Assembly: GCA_963803805.1 (NCBI GenBank) | Contig: CAWDOD010000010.1 | Location: 480,001-544,000 of the forward strand | DNA length: 64,000 bases | From: an uncultured cyanobacterium | GTDB lineage: Bacteria > Cyanobacteriota > Cyanobacteriia > Cyanobacteriales > CAWCAG01 | Reading direction: 5' to 3' | Shown: positions 39,274 through 50,955 of the stretch, piece by piece | Position numbering within the stretch: the stretch's first letter is position 1 | How the letters are laid out: the number at the start of each line of letters is the position of its first letter | Made by a program: the position numbers and the translations under genes | The notes under the pieces: model-generated | What the model was told of the DNA's origin: nothing | Seen by the model: the letters and a program-made list of their open reading frames with translations, nothing else | The model's database searches: none

Positions 39274-40218
39274 TCAAAGTCCCACTTGTACACCAAAAGT
39301 CGAGAACTTAGTCAACCAAAAATCCAGATTAGGATCGGCGATCGCCTCCTTCACTTCTTCTGTTACTCGCCAAGCTTCCTGTTCAGTTTCGCATAAAGCA
39401 AACACTGTCGGACCCGAACCTGACATCATTGTTCCCAATACTCCCGCTTTTTGAAAACCTTGCTTGAGTTTTTGAATTTGAGGATATTCTGGTAAAGCCA
39501 CTTTTTCCAAATCGTTATGTAACAATTGACCAATTTGCGGGGAATTATCATGTACAATTGCTTGTACTAAAGAACCAGAATGAATCTCCATTGTCCGAGA
39601 TTTAATGGTGGCAGGATCTCTAACATAAGTACTGCCAAACTTTTGCCGATAGGTTTGATAAGCCCAGGGGGTAGAAATGCTGAGGTTGCGGTATTTAGCT
39701 AAGATAACAAACAGAGAATCTAGGCTTTTGAGATAATCTAATTGTTCTCCTCTACCTGTGGCGATCGCAGTTCCTCCGGCAATGCAAAAGGGAATATCAG
39801 AACCAATTTTAGCAGCTAAGGTTTGTAATTCTGGTTGGGTTAAGCCCAAATGCCACATAAGGTTAATACCAACTAACACTGCGGCAGCATTGCTAGAACC
39901 CCCAGCTAACCCTGCGGCAACGGGGATGCGTTTATCTATGGTAATTTCTAAACCACCATATTGAGCAAAGGAATTAGGAAATTCTTGAACCATTAACCTA
40001 GCTGCTTTGTAAGCTAGATTAGTTTCATCTAAAGGTACTTGGGGATCATCGCAGTGAATACGAATTTCTTCTGTACCGCTAGAGCGCAACTCCACTTGAT
40101 CAGCTAATTCAATACTCTGCAAAACCATGGCTAATTCATGATAACCATCGCTGCGATCGCCGATGATTTCTAAATAAAGATTAATTTTAGCCGGTGCAGT
40201 TAAAGAATAAGAACCCAT
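39274..40218 (-). CDS. ispE: 4-diphosphocytidyl-2-C-methyl-D-erythritol kinase
   Basis: APAKINLYL, DGYHEL, IPVAAGLAGGSSNAA, GSDIPF, MSGSGPTVF. Confidence 0.97.
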   Translation of the reverse strand: MGSYSLTAPAKINLYLEIIGDRSDGYHELAMVLQSIELADQVELRSSGTEEIRIHCDDPQVPLDETNLAYKAARLMVQEFPNSFAQYGGLEITIDKRIPVAAGLAGGSSNAAAVLVGINLMWHLGLTQPELQTLAAKIGSDIPFCIAGGTAIATGRGEQLDYLKSLDSLFVILAKYRNLSISTPWAYQTYRQKFGSTYVRDPATIKSRTMEIHSGSLVQAIVHDNSPQIGQLLHNDLEKVALPEYPQIQKLKQGFQKAGVLGTMMSGSGPTVFALCETEQEAWRVTEEVKEAIADPNLDFWLTKFSTFGVQVGL

Positions 40219-40265
40219 ATCAATTATCAGTTATCATTAAACATTTATCAACATACAAGAAAATG

Positions 40266-40685
40266 CTATGTTGTCCAATCTTCAAACGTTAAGCCAGGTA
40301 CTCTTTCAAAATCACGACTATTACGTGTGACTAAAATACCCTGAACAGAAATAACAACCGAAGCAATTCGTAAGTCTTGACTACCAACACGTATTTTTTG
40401 CTTAATTAATTATTGGTAGCAGTTATAAGCAGCTTGATAAAAATCAAGTAATTTAATTTCAGCAAAATACTTCAAAGTACCTGATAACCCTTGGTAAGCC
40501 CATATTATTTTATCAGAACCAGATCCTCTCCTTACAGCGTTAAGCCAACCCCGCATTTGTTCTTCTGCTGTGATAATTGTTGTGGCAATTTCTTCTGGTT
40601 TGGTTTGATTAATACCCTTGCTGATCAGCGGATGTCCCTGTAGAAAAAGTGAAACATGGTCTGTATCGAGTACCCACAAACTCAC
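40266..40685 (-). pseudogene. vapC: VapC/PIN toxin interrupted by an in-frame TAA
   Basis: WVLDTDHVS...; after TAA (40410-40412) the frame continues LIKQKIRVGSQDLRIASVVISVQGILVTRNSRDFERVPGLTFEDWTT* to 40266. Confidence 0.85.
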
Positions 40686-41080
40686 TTTGCTGTCTCCTTG
40701 GCATCAGCTTGATAATTATATCCTTCCCTTTCTATGTCAGTTTCTTGGCGATGGACTGCTATATCTGCTAATACTTCCTCAAACAAAGGATTATTTGCAT
40801 AGATACCAGCAAACTGCATCCAAGGATGTTTATGATTAGGAGATTCAATCTCCAAAGAAATGATGTTTGCTTTAGCTAAACGATTGCTCAAAAGTTGGCG
40901 AACATTTGTAATAGCTTCTTCTTGGCTATTTCCTTCAACTTGGCAATTGGGAAAACCCAAAACTATAGCACGAAATACGTTTTGGTCTAGATTTTCCACC
41001 AAAATGTTGAAGGTTAGTTTATCTGTAATTTGTTTAGCTAGAGTCGGAGAATCTGTATACATAATCGTCCATTTCGCCAA
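40682..41080 (-). CDS. HicB-like antitoxin
   Basis: A.VLGFPNCQVEGNSQEEAI; HPWMQFAG; 4-bp overlap with vapC; start may be 41062. Confidence 0.8.
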   Translation of the reverse strand: MAKWTIMYTDSPTLAKQITDKLTFNILVENLDQNVFRAIVLGFPNCQVEGNSQEEAITNVRQLLSNRLAKANIISLEIESPNHKHPWMQFAGIYANNPLFEEVLADIAVHRQETDIEREGYNYQADAKETAK

Positions 41081-41142
41081 ATTTAGAGGGTATCTATATT
41101 AATTATTATAATCGCCCTTCTAAGGGATTATTGCTATGCAAT

Positions 41143-41967
41143 TTATTCAGTCATTACTTTCAACTTATCACTTAAATTAATCCAGTCTTCTACACTCAAA
41201 TCTTCGGCACGGGCTTGGGGATTTACTTGCAACTCTTCTAATACATTGCTGAGGCGATCGCTTTCTATAATTGATTTTAAATTATTCCGTAACATTTTAC
41301 GCTTGCTAGCAAAGCCCATTTTCAATAATGTCTCTAGGTAACGGGGATGATTAGGGGATTTTTCTCTGGATTGGGGGCAAATTCTGACTACCGCAGACTC
41401 TACTTTTGGAGGGGGATAAAAGGCTTTAGCAGGGACGGTACAAATTAATTCACAAGTAGCAAGATATTGTACCCGTACTGAAAGCAAACCGAAATTGCGG
41501 GAACCTGGATTGGCACAGAGGCGTAGGGCAATCTCCCTTTGTACTAGCAAAACAATAGCCTCAAACGGTTCCGTTGCTGGTTGAGATATCGTTCCTAACA
41601 ACTTAGTTAAAATTGGCCCAGTGATATTGTAAGGAATATTAGCAACCACTTTGTTGGGGTTGCGAAATTTAGGAAAAGCCGCTAAATTAGCAGCGATATC
41701 AAAAGAAAGTATATCCCCTTGTAAAAGTAGGAAATTTTCCCTTTCCCCCAAACTTTTAACCAATTTCTGACATAAATCTCGGTCAATTTCCACTGCTGCA
41801 ACAGCTTCAACTTCCGGCAAGAGGCGGCGTGTCAAAACCCCCGTACCTGGTCCAATTTCTAAGAGGCGATCGCTCTTATTTAGCTGGGCGGCGACAACAA
41901 TTTTGTTTAAGGCTTTCTCGCTACGGAGCCAATGTTGAGCATAGCGTTTTCGGGTTCGAGTAGCCAT
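41143..41967 (-). CDS. rsmA: 16S rRNA m6,2A dimethyltransferase
   Basis: KRYAQHWL, EIGPGTG, ANIPYNIT, F.PPPKVESAV. Confidence 0.97.
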   Translation of the reverse strand: MATRTRKRYAQHWLRSEKALNKIVVAAQLNKSDRLLEIGPGTGVLTRRLLPEVEAVAAVEIDRDLCQKLVKSLGERENFLLLQGDILSFDIAANLAAFPKFRNPNKVVANIPYNITGPILTKLLGTISQPATEPFEAIVLLVQREIALRLCANPGSRNFGLLSVRVQYLATCELICTVPAKAFYPPPKVESAVVRICPQSREKSPNHPRYLETLLKMGFASKRKMLRNNLKSIIESDRLSNVLEELQVNPQARAEDLSVEDWINLSDKLKVMTE

Positions 41968-41971
41968 AAAA

Positions 41972-42286
41972 TCAAGCTAACATTTGCCTAATTAAGCATA
42001 CTAGAGTGATTACCCCTTCGCCAAACATTAATCCTGCGGGCATAAATTTCCTGGTTTTCTTTAGTCGTAGGGCAAAAACGATGAGCAACGCCACAGTGAG
42101 AATTAAAGCCAAAATCAACCCAAAAGCTTGTCCTTGCAACATTAATATGCCAGCAATTATTAGCAAGATACCGCTAATTAGACCCGAAATCAAAGACATT
42201 TTACTTTGAACTTGTACATAACCAATGATGCCCCCCACCAGGGAGAGGATACCATAGATAAATGTGGCGATAGTGGCGATAGTCAT
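41972..42286 (-). CDS. TMEM14 family membrane protein
   Basis: YG.L..VGGIIGY...S..SLISG, KFMPAGL; ATG at 42286 preferred. Confidence 0.88.
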   Translation of the reverse strand: MTIATIATFIYGILSLVGGIIGYVQVQSKMSLISGLISGILLIIAGILMLQGQAFGLILALILTVALLIVFALRLKKTRKFMPAGLMFGEGVITLVCLIRQMLA

Positions 42287-42380
42287 AAAAATAGTAGGAC
42301 TAAGTAATGAAATAAGCAAAGCATTGCTCAACAATCTATTTCATAAAAGATGCTACTTGTCAATCTAAATTTTCTTGAAC

Positions 42381-42537
42381 AGGACTTACGCAAAGCCTCT
42401 ATTAAACTTTACCCCTTACCCATCAATTTCCAATTGACAGACTACTATCCACTAGCCATTAGCCACTAGCTACTAGCCACTAGCAACTAGCAACTAGCCA
42501 TAAATAATTTCCATTCTATATCTTTTGCGTCAGTCGT
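42381..42537. repeat. AGGACTTACGCA-family element with degenerate TIRs enclosing an STRR tract
   Basis: AGGACTTACGCAAA (42381) versus TTTGCGTCAGTCGT (ending 42537); CCACTAG/CAACTAG heptamers at 42449-42500. Confidence 0.6.
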
Positions 42538-42541
42538 GATT

Positions 42542-43183
42542 ATGAACCAGAACAAAAACCTCAAAAGCTATGCACCAGCAACTCAACGCAACCGCGAACC
42601 GATTTTGGCAGTACTTTCGCGGGTGCTACCTCCTAAAGGTACAGTTTTAGAAATTTCTAGTGGCACAGGAGAACACGCTGTCTTTTTTGCCCCTCGCCTA
42701 CTCCCTCGTTATTGGTTGCCTAGTGATCCTAACCCTATGGCAAGAACAAGTATCCAAGCTTGGTGTGAAGATTCACCTGCGGATAATCTCCATTCTCCTC
42801 TTGATATTGATGTACAAAAACCTCTGTGGGGGATTGAAAAGCAACCATTATTAACATTGCAAAATAATCCTATCACCGCGATCGTTAATATTAATATGAT
42901 TCATATCGCACCTTGGTCAGCTTGTTTAGGCTTGATGGCTGGGGCTAAGGAGATTTTGCCTAGTGGAGGTATTCTTTATTTGTATGGCCCTTTTAAGCAA
43001 AATGGTCAACATACTGCACCGAGTAACCAAGACTTTGATCTTTCCTTGCGTCAACGCAATTCAGAGTGGGGTATACGGGATCTTGATGCTGTTATCGAGG
43101 TTGCGAAGAAATGTAATTTCACTTTACAAGAAGTAGTTTCTATGCCTGCTAACAACCTTTCTGTGATCTTTAAAAGTTATTAA
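42542..43183 (+). CDS. DUF938 SAM-dependent methyltransferase
   Basis: APATQRNREPIL, LEISSGTGEH, NMIHIAPW, YGPF, MPANN. Confidence 0.92.
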   Translation: MNQNKNLKSYAPATQRNREPILAVLSRVLPPKGTVLEISSGTGEHAVFFAPRLLPRYWLPSDPNPMARTSIQAWCEDSPADNLHSPLDIDVQKPLWGIEKQPLLTLQNNPITAIVNINMIHIAPWSACLGLMAGAKEILPSGGILYLYGPFKQNGQHTAPSNQDFDLSLRQRNSEWGIRDLDAVIEVAKKCNFTLQEVVSMPANNLSVIFKSY

Positions 43184-43201
43184 TAGCAAAAAACCTTAAC
43201 A

Positions 43202-43273
<72 letters not shown>

Positions 43274-43320
43274 GTTATGCAACATTAAATAGATTAGCAC
43301 AAATTGTCGAAAAAAACTCT

Positions 43321-43869
43321 ATGCCTTCTGGCAAAACCCATGATCGCATAACTTTGTGGAGTTTACCCTGGGTAAGTGGGCTAACTTTATTGGTTACTCG
43401 CGACCCCAAGTTAACTTTAATTGTGGCAGCCACTTTTCTGTTTAGCGGCTTAATGTTTGGTCCTGATTTAGATATTTATTCTGTTCAATACAAGCGTTGG
43501 GGCTGGTTACGCTGGATTTGGCGACCTTATCAAAAAGTCCTTCGCCACCGTTCTAGTTTGTCCCATGGTTTGATTATTGGTACTAGCTTAAGATTAATTT
43601 ATTTCTTTAGCATCTTGTCCTTGGTGGGAATACTGATAACAGTAATCGCCCAGCTAACTGGGGGTTTTACTCTTGACTGGCAAGAATTTGCTCAAAAAAC
43701 CTTTGATTGGTTGCATATCTATCCTGCTGAGGCGATCGCAGTTTTTCTTGGTTTAGAATTAGGAGCAATGAGCCATTCTTTCAGTGACTGGACTGGCTCT
43801 AGTTATAAACGCTGGCAAAAACGGCGCAAAAAAATCAATAAGAGTAAGTCTTCCCGAAGCAAGAAATAG
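43321..43869 (+). CDS. Metal-binding membrane protein (DUF2227)
   Basis: MPSGKTHD, GPDLD, HRSSLSH, SHSFSD. Confidence 0.88.
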   Translation: MPSGKTHDRITLWSLPWVSGLTLLVTRDPKLTLIVAATFLFSGLMFGPDLDIYSVQYKRWGWLRWIWRPYQKVLRHRSSLSHGLIIGTSLRLIYFFSILSLVGILITVIAQLTGGFTLDWQEFAQKTFDWLHIYPAEAIAVFLGLELGAMSHSFSDWTGSSYKRWQKRRKKINKSKSSRSKK

Positions 43870-43916
43870 GGACTGAATTATAAAATCAATCATCCATAAT
43901 AGCCCCAAGGTAATCA

Positions 43917-44750
43917 ATGTCCAGCACAGAGGAAAAGGCTCAAGTTGTTTCTCAAGCTACCTTAGAAGCGTTAGAAAGATTGATTGAAGTGGTTGCGAAG
44001 TTGCGATCGCCTCAAGGAGGCTGCCCCTGGGATTTGGCTCAAACACCAGAGACTCTCATCCCCTACGTTATTGAAGAAGCCTATGAGGTAGTTGATGCTA
44101 TTCGCAGTGGTGATAGTAAGGCGATCGCCGAAGAATTAGGAGATTTACTGTTACAGGTAGTATTACAGTCGCAAATTGCTGGGGAGTACCAACAATTTAG
44201 CCTCGCTGAAGTAGCCCAAGGTATTACTGAAAAATTAATTCGCCGTCATCCCCATGTTTTTGCCAATGTTTCCGTTAGTAGCGCCGATGAGGTGCGTCGT
44301 AATTGGGAACAAATCAAAGCTGTAGAGAAGGGAGAAACTCCTGAAGAAGCCCAATTACTTAGTCGTAAATTAGCTAAATATTCTCGCAGTTTACCTCCTT
44401 TAACCGCAGGAATGAAAATTTCTCAAAAAGTTGCTCAGCAAGGATTTGAGTGGGAAAATGTTGAGGGAGTATGGGAAAAGTTTCAAGAAGAATTAGCAGA
44501 GTTTCGCGAAGCTCTACAAGAAGAAGATATTGCCCAGCAAACAGCAGAATTTGGTGATATTCTCTTCACTTTGATTAATATTGCTCGCTGGTACAATATA
44601 GATCCCACAGAAGCGCTACAAAGTACTAATCAAAGGTTTAGTCAGCGTTTCGCCAAGATGGAAACTCTGGCTGGCAATTCCCTCACAGGATATGGCTTAA
44701 GTGAGTTAGAAGCCCTTTGGCAGCAAGCTAAAGCTGATGCGAGAGAATAG
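43917..44750 (+). CDS. mazG: Nucleoside triphosphate pyrophosphohydrolase
   Basis: GCPWD, EEAYE, EELGDLLLQ, KLIRRHPHVF. Confidence 0.96.
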   Translation: MSSTEEKAQVVSQATLEALERLIEVVAKLRSPQGGCPWDLAQTPETLIPYVIEEAYEVVDAIRSGDSKAIAEELGDLLLQVVLQSQIAGEYQQFSLAEVAQGITEKLIRRHPHVFANVSVSSADEVRRNWEQIKAVEKGETPEEAQLLSRKLAKYSRSLPPLTAGMKISQKVAQQGFEWENVEGVWEKFQEELAEFREALQEEDIAQQTAEFGDILFTLINIARWYNIDPTEALQSTNQRFSQRFAKMETLAGNSLTGYGLSELEALWQQAKADARE

Positions 44751-45264
44751 GGAATAGGGAGCAATAGTAAAGAGATTGCGAAAAACCATCTTTCTATATA
44801 AGTGTTAGCTTACCTATTACCCAATCTTGACAAGTTTAGCTGAAGAAAAACCTTATAAGTAACAAATAATGGGTAAATTATGCTCGATATCTGTAGTTTA
44901 AGATATAGTTTGAGTAGTAGAGGGTAAAATAATTAATTAAGCTTGACTAAGTTTCTTCTCAATCTACCAAAATTTCTTTTAACTAAATATTTTCTGCTTC
45001 AAGCCGTCACCAGGTTAGAAACTGTACCCCAAGCTAAAACTCCGACTCAAATAACTAACCAGGGCCGAACAACTTCTCAAAGGAATGCTTCTTGGGGTGC
45101 AGGAATATTGTGCTATTAAAGAAGCCAATTCAGTTTCTATAGGTTACTTTGGAGTGAGTATTATCTTTTTTCTGAGCAGAGAATACTTTACTCAATTAAC
45201 TTAAAACTTTTGAGTCCGGCAGATTTAAAAGTTTCAATTATAAAACATTATATTAAATATTTCT

Positions 45265-48200
45265 TTGACATCTACCAAAATAATAATGTCAACCAGTAAT
45301 TCCTACATCAAGTTTTTGGCTTTGGAACAAGTAATTACCAAAAACCCCTTAACTGTAACTGCCAACACTCCTGTAAGAGAAACTATTTCTCAAATGCAAA
45401 GAGAGAAAGTTGGTTATGCCTTGGTAGTGGAAAAACAACGCTTAGTAGGGATGTTTACAGAAAGCAACCTCCTACATACCATCGCCCACGATACAAATTT
45501 GGCGGGAGTTCCTGTAGCTTTGGTAATGACCCAACAGCCTTTTACCCTACTAGCTACAGAAAGTTACGATTTAAGTTCTTTACTAAGCTTATTTAATCAA
45601 CGCCATATTGCCCATCTGCCTATAGTGAATGAGGAAAATCAGGTAGTAGGCATTGTTACCCAAAACCATTTATTAAAACTATTAGAATCAAAGCAACATC
45701 TCCCTGAAATCGAGGAATTAGCCCAAGCCCCTCTGTTTGCCAGGGAAACCCAAGAGCAAATTTTAGAAAAAACCATTGCTGAGCTAAAGCAGCAGTTGGT
45801 GAAGGGAACTAAACAGCTAGAAGAGGCAAACAAAGCCAAAAATCAAGAAAGTTTTGAGCGCAAGTTACTAGAGCAAAAACTTCGCTCTAGTGAAGCGGAA
45901 ATGCGGGCTGTCTTAGAAGCGATGACTGATATTGTTTTAGTTGTGGAACTTCCTGGACCTAATTTACAGGTAATGCCTACTAACTATGCTCATAACTACG
46001 AGCCAGGCGTAGATGTGATTAGCTCCACATTCAACCAATTTTTAACAGGGACTCAAGCAGAAACCTTTGCCTCTGCCATAAACAATTCCTTAAGCAGTAA
46101 AGAAACAGTCCATTTTGAGTACAACTTAAACTTAGGAGAAAAACAAGTTTGGTTTGCGGCTAGCATTTCGCCGATGTCAGAGCATTCTGTTATTTGGGTA
46201 GCGCGGGATATCACCTCAAGTAAAGAAGCCGCCGTCGCTTTAGAAGAAAGCGAAGCCAGGGTTCGCCTTTTTGTCGAATATACCCCAGCCGGAGTAGCCA
46301 TGTTCGACAACCAGATGCGCTATTTAGTTGCCTCTAACCGTTGGTTGCGGGATCATAACTTAGAACAACAAGAATTAGTGGGTTGCTCTTACTACGACAT
46401 CTTCCCTGACACATCCCCAACCACCCAAGAAATCCATAATGCTTGTTTAGAAGGAGAAATTAAAAAATGTGAAGAAGAGGCTGTACTTCATGGTGATGGT
46501 TCCTTAGATTGGCTGAGATGGGAAATTCACCCTTGGGGTGATAATCACCAAGAAATTGGCGGGATCATAATGTTTTCCGAGGTGATTACAGAGCGTAAAC
46601 AGGCTGAAATCGAACTTCGAGACGCAGAATCTGGTATTCGTACCCTTTATGAAGTAACCTCCACACCAAAACTTAATTTAGACCAAAGACTGCAAAGACT
46701 TTTGGCCATGGGAAGAGAAAGATTTGGCTTAGAAATTGGCTTGCTATCCCAAATTGAAGGGGATGAATATCGCATTATTGCCTCCCAAATACCAGAAGGC
46801 TTCCCTTTCTCCATTCCCCCTGGTACAACCTTAGATATTCATCAAGTCTATTGTCATGAAACACTTTTAGCAGAAGAACCCATTGGTTTTGTGGCCGCCG
46901 GTCAATCTGAGTGGCGTAACCACAGGGCTTACGGAGGAATTTTCAGGCTCGAAGCCTATATTGGTGTAGGGATAGTAGTAAATGGCCAAATTTATGGAAC
47001 CTTAAGCTTTTCTAGCCCCCAAACCAAGCTAACTCCTTTTAAAAACGGCGATCGCCAAATTCTCAAACTAATGGCTCAGTGGGTAGGTAATGAGATTGAG
47101 CGCTCTTGGGCCAAGGAAGCTTTAGAACAACAAATTAACCAAGCACACCTGCTCAAACGCATTACCACACAAATTCGCTCTACCCTCTCTAGCCAACAAA
47201 TTTTTCAAACCACCGTTGATTTAATTGGTCAAACTTTTGGGGTGAATCGCTGCTTAATTTATAGTTATACAGCCCAAATTCAGCCGGAAGTTCCTTTAGT
47301 AGCAGAATATTTAGAAACAGGCTATAACTCCCTAGTCAATATCTCTTTACCAATAGAGGAGGAAATTTTAGCCCAAGATAAGGCCATAGCAATTAGGGAT
47401 GTTTATGGTGGTGAGCTACCCGAAACCACTGCTCAAATTTATGACCAAGCAGATTTAAAATCCTTACTGGGAGTGCGTACATCCTACAATAGCCAACCCA
47501 ACGGCATTATAGTTTTACATCAATGTGATCGCTTCCGTAATTGGAGTAGTGAAGAAATCAAATTACTGGAATCATTGGCAGATCAAGTCGGAATTGCCCT
47601 TACCCAAGCCCATTACCTAGAACAAGAAAAGCAACAAGGTTCGCTACTGACAACGAAGAATTTAGAGTTAGAGAAAGCGAAAAAAGCCGCAGAAGCAGCT
47701 AATCGTTCCAAGAGCGAATTTCTGGCGATGATGAGCCACGAAATTCGTACCCCCATGAATGCCATCATTGGTATGACGGGTTTGTTATTGGATACAGAAC
47801 TAGATTATCAGCAAGAAGATTTTGTTAATACTGTTCGCAACAGCAGTGATTCTCTCCTCACCATTATTAATGATATCCTCGACTTTTCTAAAATAGAATC
47901 GGGTAAGTTAGAGCTAGAAGAACAGCCTTTTAACCTCAGAGGTTGTATAGAATCGGCTTTAGATTTGGTTGCCTCCCAAGCAAGTGCCAAAGGATTGGAA
48001 CTAGCTTATTTATTGGGACAACAAACCCCTTCTATGGTACGAGGAGACGTTACCCGTCTCAGACAGATTCTCACTAACTTGCTAAGTAATGCCGTTAAGT
48101 TTACCGAATCTGGCGAAGTAATTGTCTCTGTAGAAGCTGAGGTTTTAAAACAAGAGCAAGAACAAGCCTACCCCACCTGCGAAATTCACTTCTCAGTTAG

Positions 48201-49848
48201 GGACACAGGCATTGGCATCCCTACAGAAAGGTTAGAAAGATTGTTTAAACCCTTTAGCCAAGTTGATGCCTCCATGACCCGACAATATGGGGGTACTGGT
48301 TTGGGTTTAGCTATCAGTAAGCGTCTAAGCGAGTCTATGAAAGGGCAAATGTGGGTAGAAAGTAAAATAGGGGAAGGTTCCACTTTCCACTTCACAATCC
48401 AAGGAACTGCAACTCCTGATGAAGATTGGGTTAACCTAAAAATCCCTCAACCGGAGTTAAAAGATAAACGCTTGCTGATCGTGGATGATAACCAAACTAA
48501 CCGTAAAATTCTCACCATGCAAGCACGCTCTTGGGGCATGAAAATTAAGAGTGCAGAATCTGGTTTAGTAGCTTTAGAATGGCTCAAAGCCGGAGAGCAA
48601 TTTGATTTAGCTATCCTTGATATGCAGATGCCGCAAATGGATGGTGTAACCTTAGCAGCAGAGATTCGGGCTTTACCAGACTATCAAGACTTACCTTTAG
48701 TTATGCTCAGTTCAGTGGGGCAACTTAGCCTCGAAGAAATTGGTGGTAGAGAGAGATTTGCCTCTTCTTTGAGTAAACCTATTAAACAAGCACAACTTTA
48801 CGAAGCTTTAAATCGTATTGTGGCTTCTCAACCGATTCCCGTTAAAGTTGAAAATAGCCGTACCTCAACTCCAAAGTCCCTACTCAGCTCTCAATTTCCT
48901 CTCCGCATTCTTTTAGTTGAAGATGTTGTTGTTAATCAAAAGGTGGCCTTACTTTTGTTACAGCGTTTGGGCTATCGCGCTGATGTAGCCAATAACGGTA
49001 TAGAAGCCATTGAAGCTTTACAACGCCAGTCCTACGATTTAGTCTTTATGGATGTACAAATGCCCCAAATGGACGGCTTAGAAGCTACTAGTCGCATTCG
49101 TAAGCGAATCCTTGCTGATAAGCAACCCTGGATTATTGCCATGACAGCCCATGCTATGAGGGGCGATCGCGAAGAGTGCCTTAATGCGGGTATGGATGAT
49201 TATATTAGTAAGCCGGTGCGTACAGAAGATTTAGTCGAGATATTAACTAAGTATGGTAAAAAGCAGCAAGAAGAAGTTGAAAAAATTGAAGAGGTAAGTT
49301 TCTCAACGAATGGCTACAATGAGGAATTATCTACACTACCTCCTCTTTCAGAAAACGATGAATTAGAAAACGATGAATCAGAGGAGCTAGAAGTCTTCAC
49401 AACCTCATTATCCCAAACTAATGGTAATATTTCTCTTTTGGTTGGGGAGAATAATTTAGAAGAACCAGCAGAAGCTAATGCAACCCCTTTAGATGAGCAA
49501 GTACTTACTAGTTTAAAAAATCTTTTCAACACTGGAGAAGAAAATAGTTTCCAAGAAATTGTCGATAGTTATCTTGAAGATGCACCTTTAAGAATAGAAT
49601 CAATCCGTTCAGCCTTAGCAACCAAAAACCTACTGAATTTAAGAGAATCTGCCCATGCTCTTAAATCCTTAAGTCTGACGGTAGGGGCTATATCTCTAGG
49701 GCGTATAGCTGGAGAAATTGAAATGATTGGCCGCATCGGTACTACCACCGGAGTAGAAAAACTACTAGAGCGACTCCAAGTTGAGTACCAAAGAGTAGTT
49801 GATGCCCTACAAAGAGAACACCTAGCCAACCCAAGCGACCATGATTGA
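45265..49848 (+). CDS. Hybrid sensor kinase (CBS-PAS-GAF-GAF-HisKA-HATPase-REC-REC-HPt)
   Basis: [27 protein letters not shown], two receiver domains, AHALKSLS HPt; ATG at 45286 is an alternative start. Confidence 0.95.
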   Translation: MTSTKIIMSTSNSYIKFLALEQVITKNPLTVTANTPVRETISQMQREKVGYALVVEKQRLVGMFTESNLLHTIAHDTNLAGVPVALVMTQQPFTLLATESYDLSSLLSLFNQRHIAHLPIVNEENQVVGIVTQNHLLKLLESKQHLPEIEELAQAPLFARETQEQILEKTIAELKQQLVKGTKQLEEANKAKNQESFERKLLEQKLRSSEAEMRAVLEAMTDIVLVVELPGPNLQVMPTNYAHNYEPGVDVISSTFNQFLTGTQAETFASAINNSLSSKETVHFEYNLNLGEKQVWFAASISPMSEHSVIWVARDITSSKEAAVALEESEARVRLFVEYTPAGVAMFDNQMRYLVASNRWLRDHNLEQQELVGCSYYDIFPDTSPTTQEIHNACLEGEIKKCEEEAVLHGDGSLDWLRWEIHPWGDNHQEIGGIIMFSEVITERKQAEIELRDAESGIRTLYEVTSTPKLNLDQRLQRLLAMGRERFGLEIGLLSQIEGDEYRIIASQIPEGFPFSIPPGTTLDIHQVYCHETLLAEEPIGFVAAGQSEWRNHRAYGGIFRLEAYIGVGIVVNGQIYGTLSFSSPQTKLTPFKNGDRQILKLMAQWVGNEIERSWAKEALEQQINQAHLLKRITTQIRSTLSSQQIFQTTVDLIGQTFGVNRCLIYSYTAQIQPEVPLVAEYLETGYNSLVNISLPIEEEILAQDKAIAIRDVYGGELPETTAQIYDQADLKSLLGVRTSYNSQPNGIIVLHQCDRFRNWSSEEIKLLESLADQVGIALTQAHYLEQEKQQGSLLTTKNLELEKAKKAAEAANRSKSEFLAMMSHEIRTPMNAIIGMTGLLLDTELDYQQEDFVNTVRNSSDSLLTIINDILDFSKIESGKLELEEQPFNLRGCIESALDLVASQASAKGLELAYLLGQQTPSMVRGDVTRLRQILTNLLSNAVKFTESGEVIVSVEAEVLKQEQEQAYPTCEIHFSVRDTGIGIPTERLERLFKPFSQVDASMTRQYGGTGLGLAISKRLSESMKGQMWVESKIGEGSTFHFTIQGTATPDEDWVNLKIPQPELKDKRLLIVDDNQTNRKILTMQARSWGMKIKSAESGLVALEWLKAGEQFDLAILDMQMPQMDGVTLAAEIRALPDYQDLPLVMLSSVGQLSLEEIGGRERFASSLSKPIKQAQLYEALNRIVASQPIPVKVENSRTSTPKSLLSSQFPLRILLVEDVVVNQKVALLLLQRLGYRADVANNGIEAIEALQRQSYDLVFMDVQMPQMDGLEATSRIRKRILADKQPWIIAMTAHAMRGDREECLNAGMDDYISKPVRTEDLVEILTKYGKKQQEEVEKIEEVSFSTNGYNEELSTLPPLSENDELENDESEELEVFTTSLSQTNGNISLLVGENNLEEPAEANATPLDEQVLTSLKNLFNTGEENSFQEIVDSYLEDAPLRIESIRSALATKNLLNLRESAHALKSLSLTVGAISLGRIAGEIEMIGRIGTTTGVEKLLERLQVEYQRVVDALQREHLANPSDHD

Positions 49849-50851
49849 GCCTGAATTACGGAAAAAGTCTCCCTTAATTCTGATTGTAGATGATGAAAAA
49901 ACCGTCAGAATGGTTTTGCGTCGAGCAATGGCTAAAGAGGGATATAAAATTATTGATGCTTGTGATGGGGAAGAGTGTCTAGAAATTTGTCTCAAACAAC
50001 AACCGGATCTAGTTTTGTTAGATGCGATGATGCCAGGGATAGATGGCTTCACTTGCTGCGCTCAATTACATAAGTCATTGGGCAAAAATTGTCCCCCAGT
50101 ACTGATGATCACGGCCTTAGATGATCAAACTTCTGTGGATTTAGCTTTTGATGTGGGGGCAACAGATTATATTACCAAACCAATTCACTGGGCTGTTTTA
50201 CGACAGCGAGTTCGTCGCTTAATTCAAGCTTGGTGGCTGGTACAGGAGCTTAAGCTACAGATCGAAAAAGAAAAAATGCTCAGCGAAGAGTTAGAAGTTG
50301 CTAATCAAAAATTACAGCGTCTTGCTAGTATAGACGGCTTAACTCAAATTGCTAATCGTCGCTGTTTTGATCAAACTTTCCATTACGAGTGGAAACGTAT
50401 GACTAGACAAAAGCGACCTTTATCTTTAATCCTCTGTGATGTAGATTTTTTTAAAGCTTACAACGATACTTATGGTCATTTAGCTGGGGACAAATGTTTG
50501 CTCAAAGTAGCTCAGATCATTGAAGCTAATACTAAGCGTCCCGGAGATTTAGCTGCTCGCTATGGCGGAGAAGAGTTTGCGATTATTTTACCTAATACTG
50601 GAGGAGAGGGTGCTGTTAAAGTAGCAGAAAACATCAAACAACATCTGCATTCGTTAGCTATTCCCCATGTAAATTCCCAGATTAACAACTATATAACTCT
50701 TAGTTTCGGTATTGCGAGTACTATTCCTAATACCAATTGCTCTCCTGAAACCTTAATTAACCAAGCAGATAATGCTCTTTATGAAGCGAAAAGAAAGGGG
50801 AGAAATCGAGTTTGTTTCCAAACTTTGAGTATTGCTGGGTCGGAGGTTTAG
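49841..50851 (+). CDS. REC-GGDEF diguanylate cyclase (PleD-like)
   Basis: [22 protein letters not shown]-site, RYGGEEF; overlaps the kinase stop codon. Confidence 0.95.
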   Translation: MIEPELRKKSPLILIVDDEKTVRMVLRRAMAKEGYKIIDACDGEECLEICLKQQPDLVLLDAMMPGIDGFTCCAQLHKSLGKNCPPVLMITALDDQTSVDLAFDVGATDYITKPIHWAVLRQRVRRLIQAWWLVQELKLQIEKEKMLSEELEVANQKLQRLASIDGLTQIANRRCFDQTFHYEWKRMTRQKRPLSLILCDVDFFKAYNDTYGHLAGDKCLLKVAQIIEANTKRPGDLAARYGGEEFAIILPNTGGEGAVKVAENIKQHLHSLAIPHVNSQINNYITLSFGIASTIPNTNCSPETLINQADNALYEAKRKGRNRVCFQTLSIAGSEV

Positions 50852-50955
50852 TTTTTAGGCAGGGTTAAGGGTTTGAGAATTGTCCGCTCGGTAAAATAGG
50901 GTTGACGAGCCAAACTTGATATCATTAGGCAAAGAATAATCCTAAGCTCAAACCC

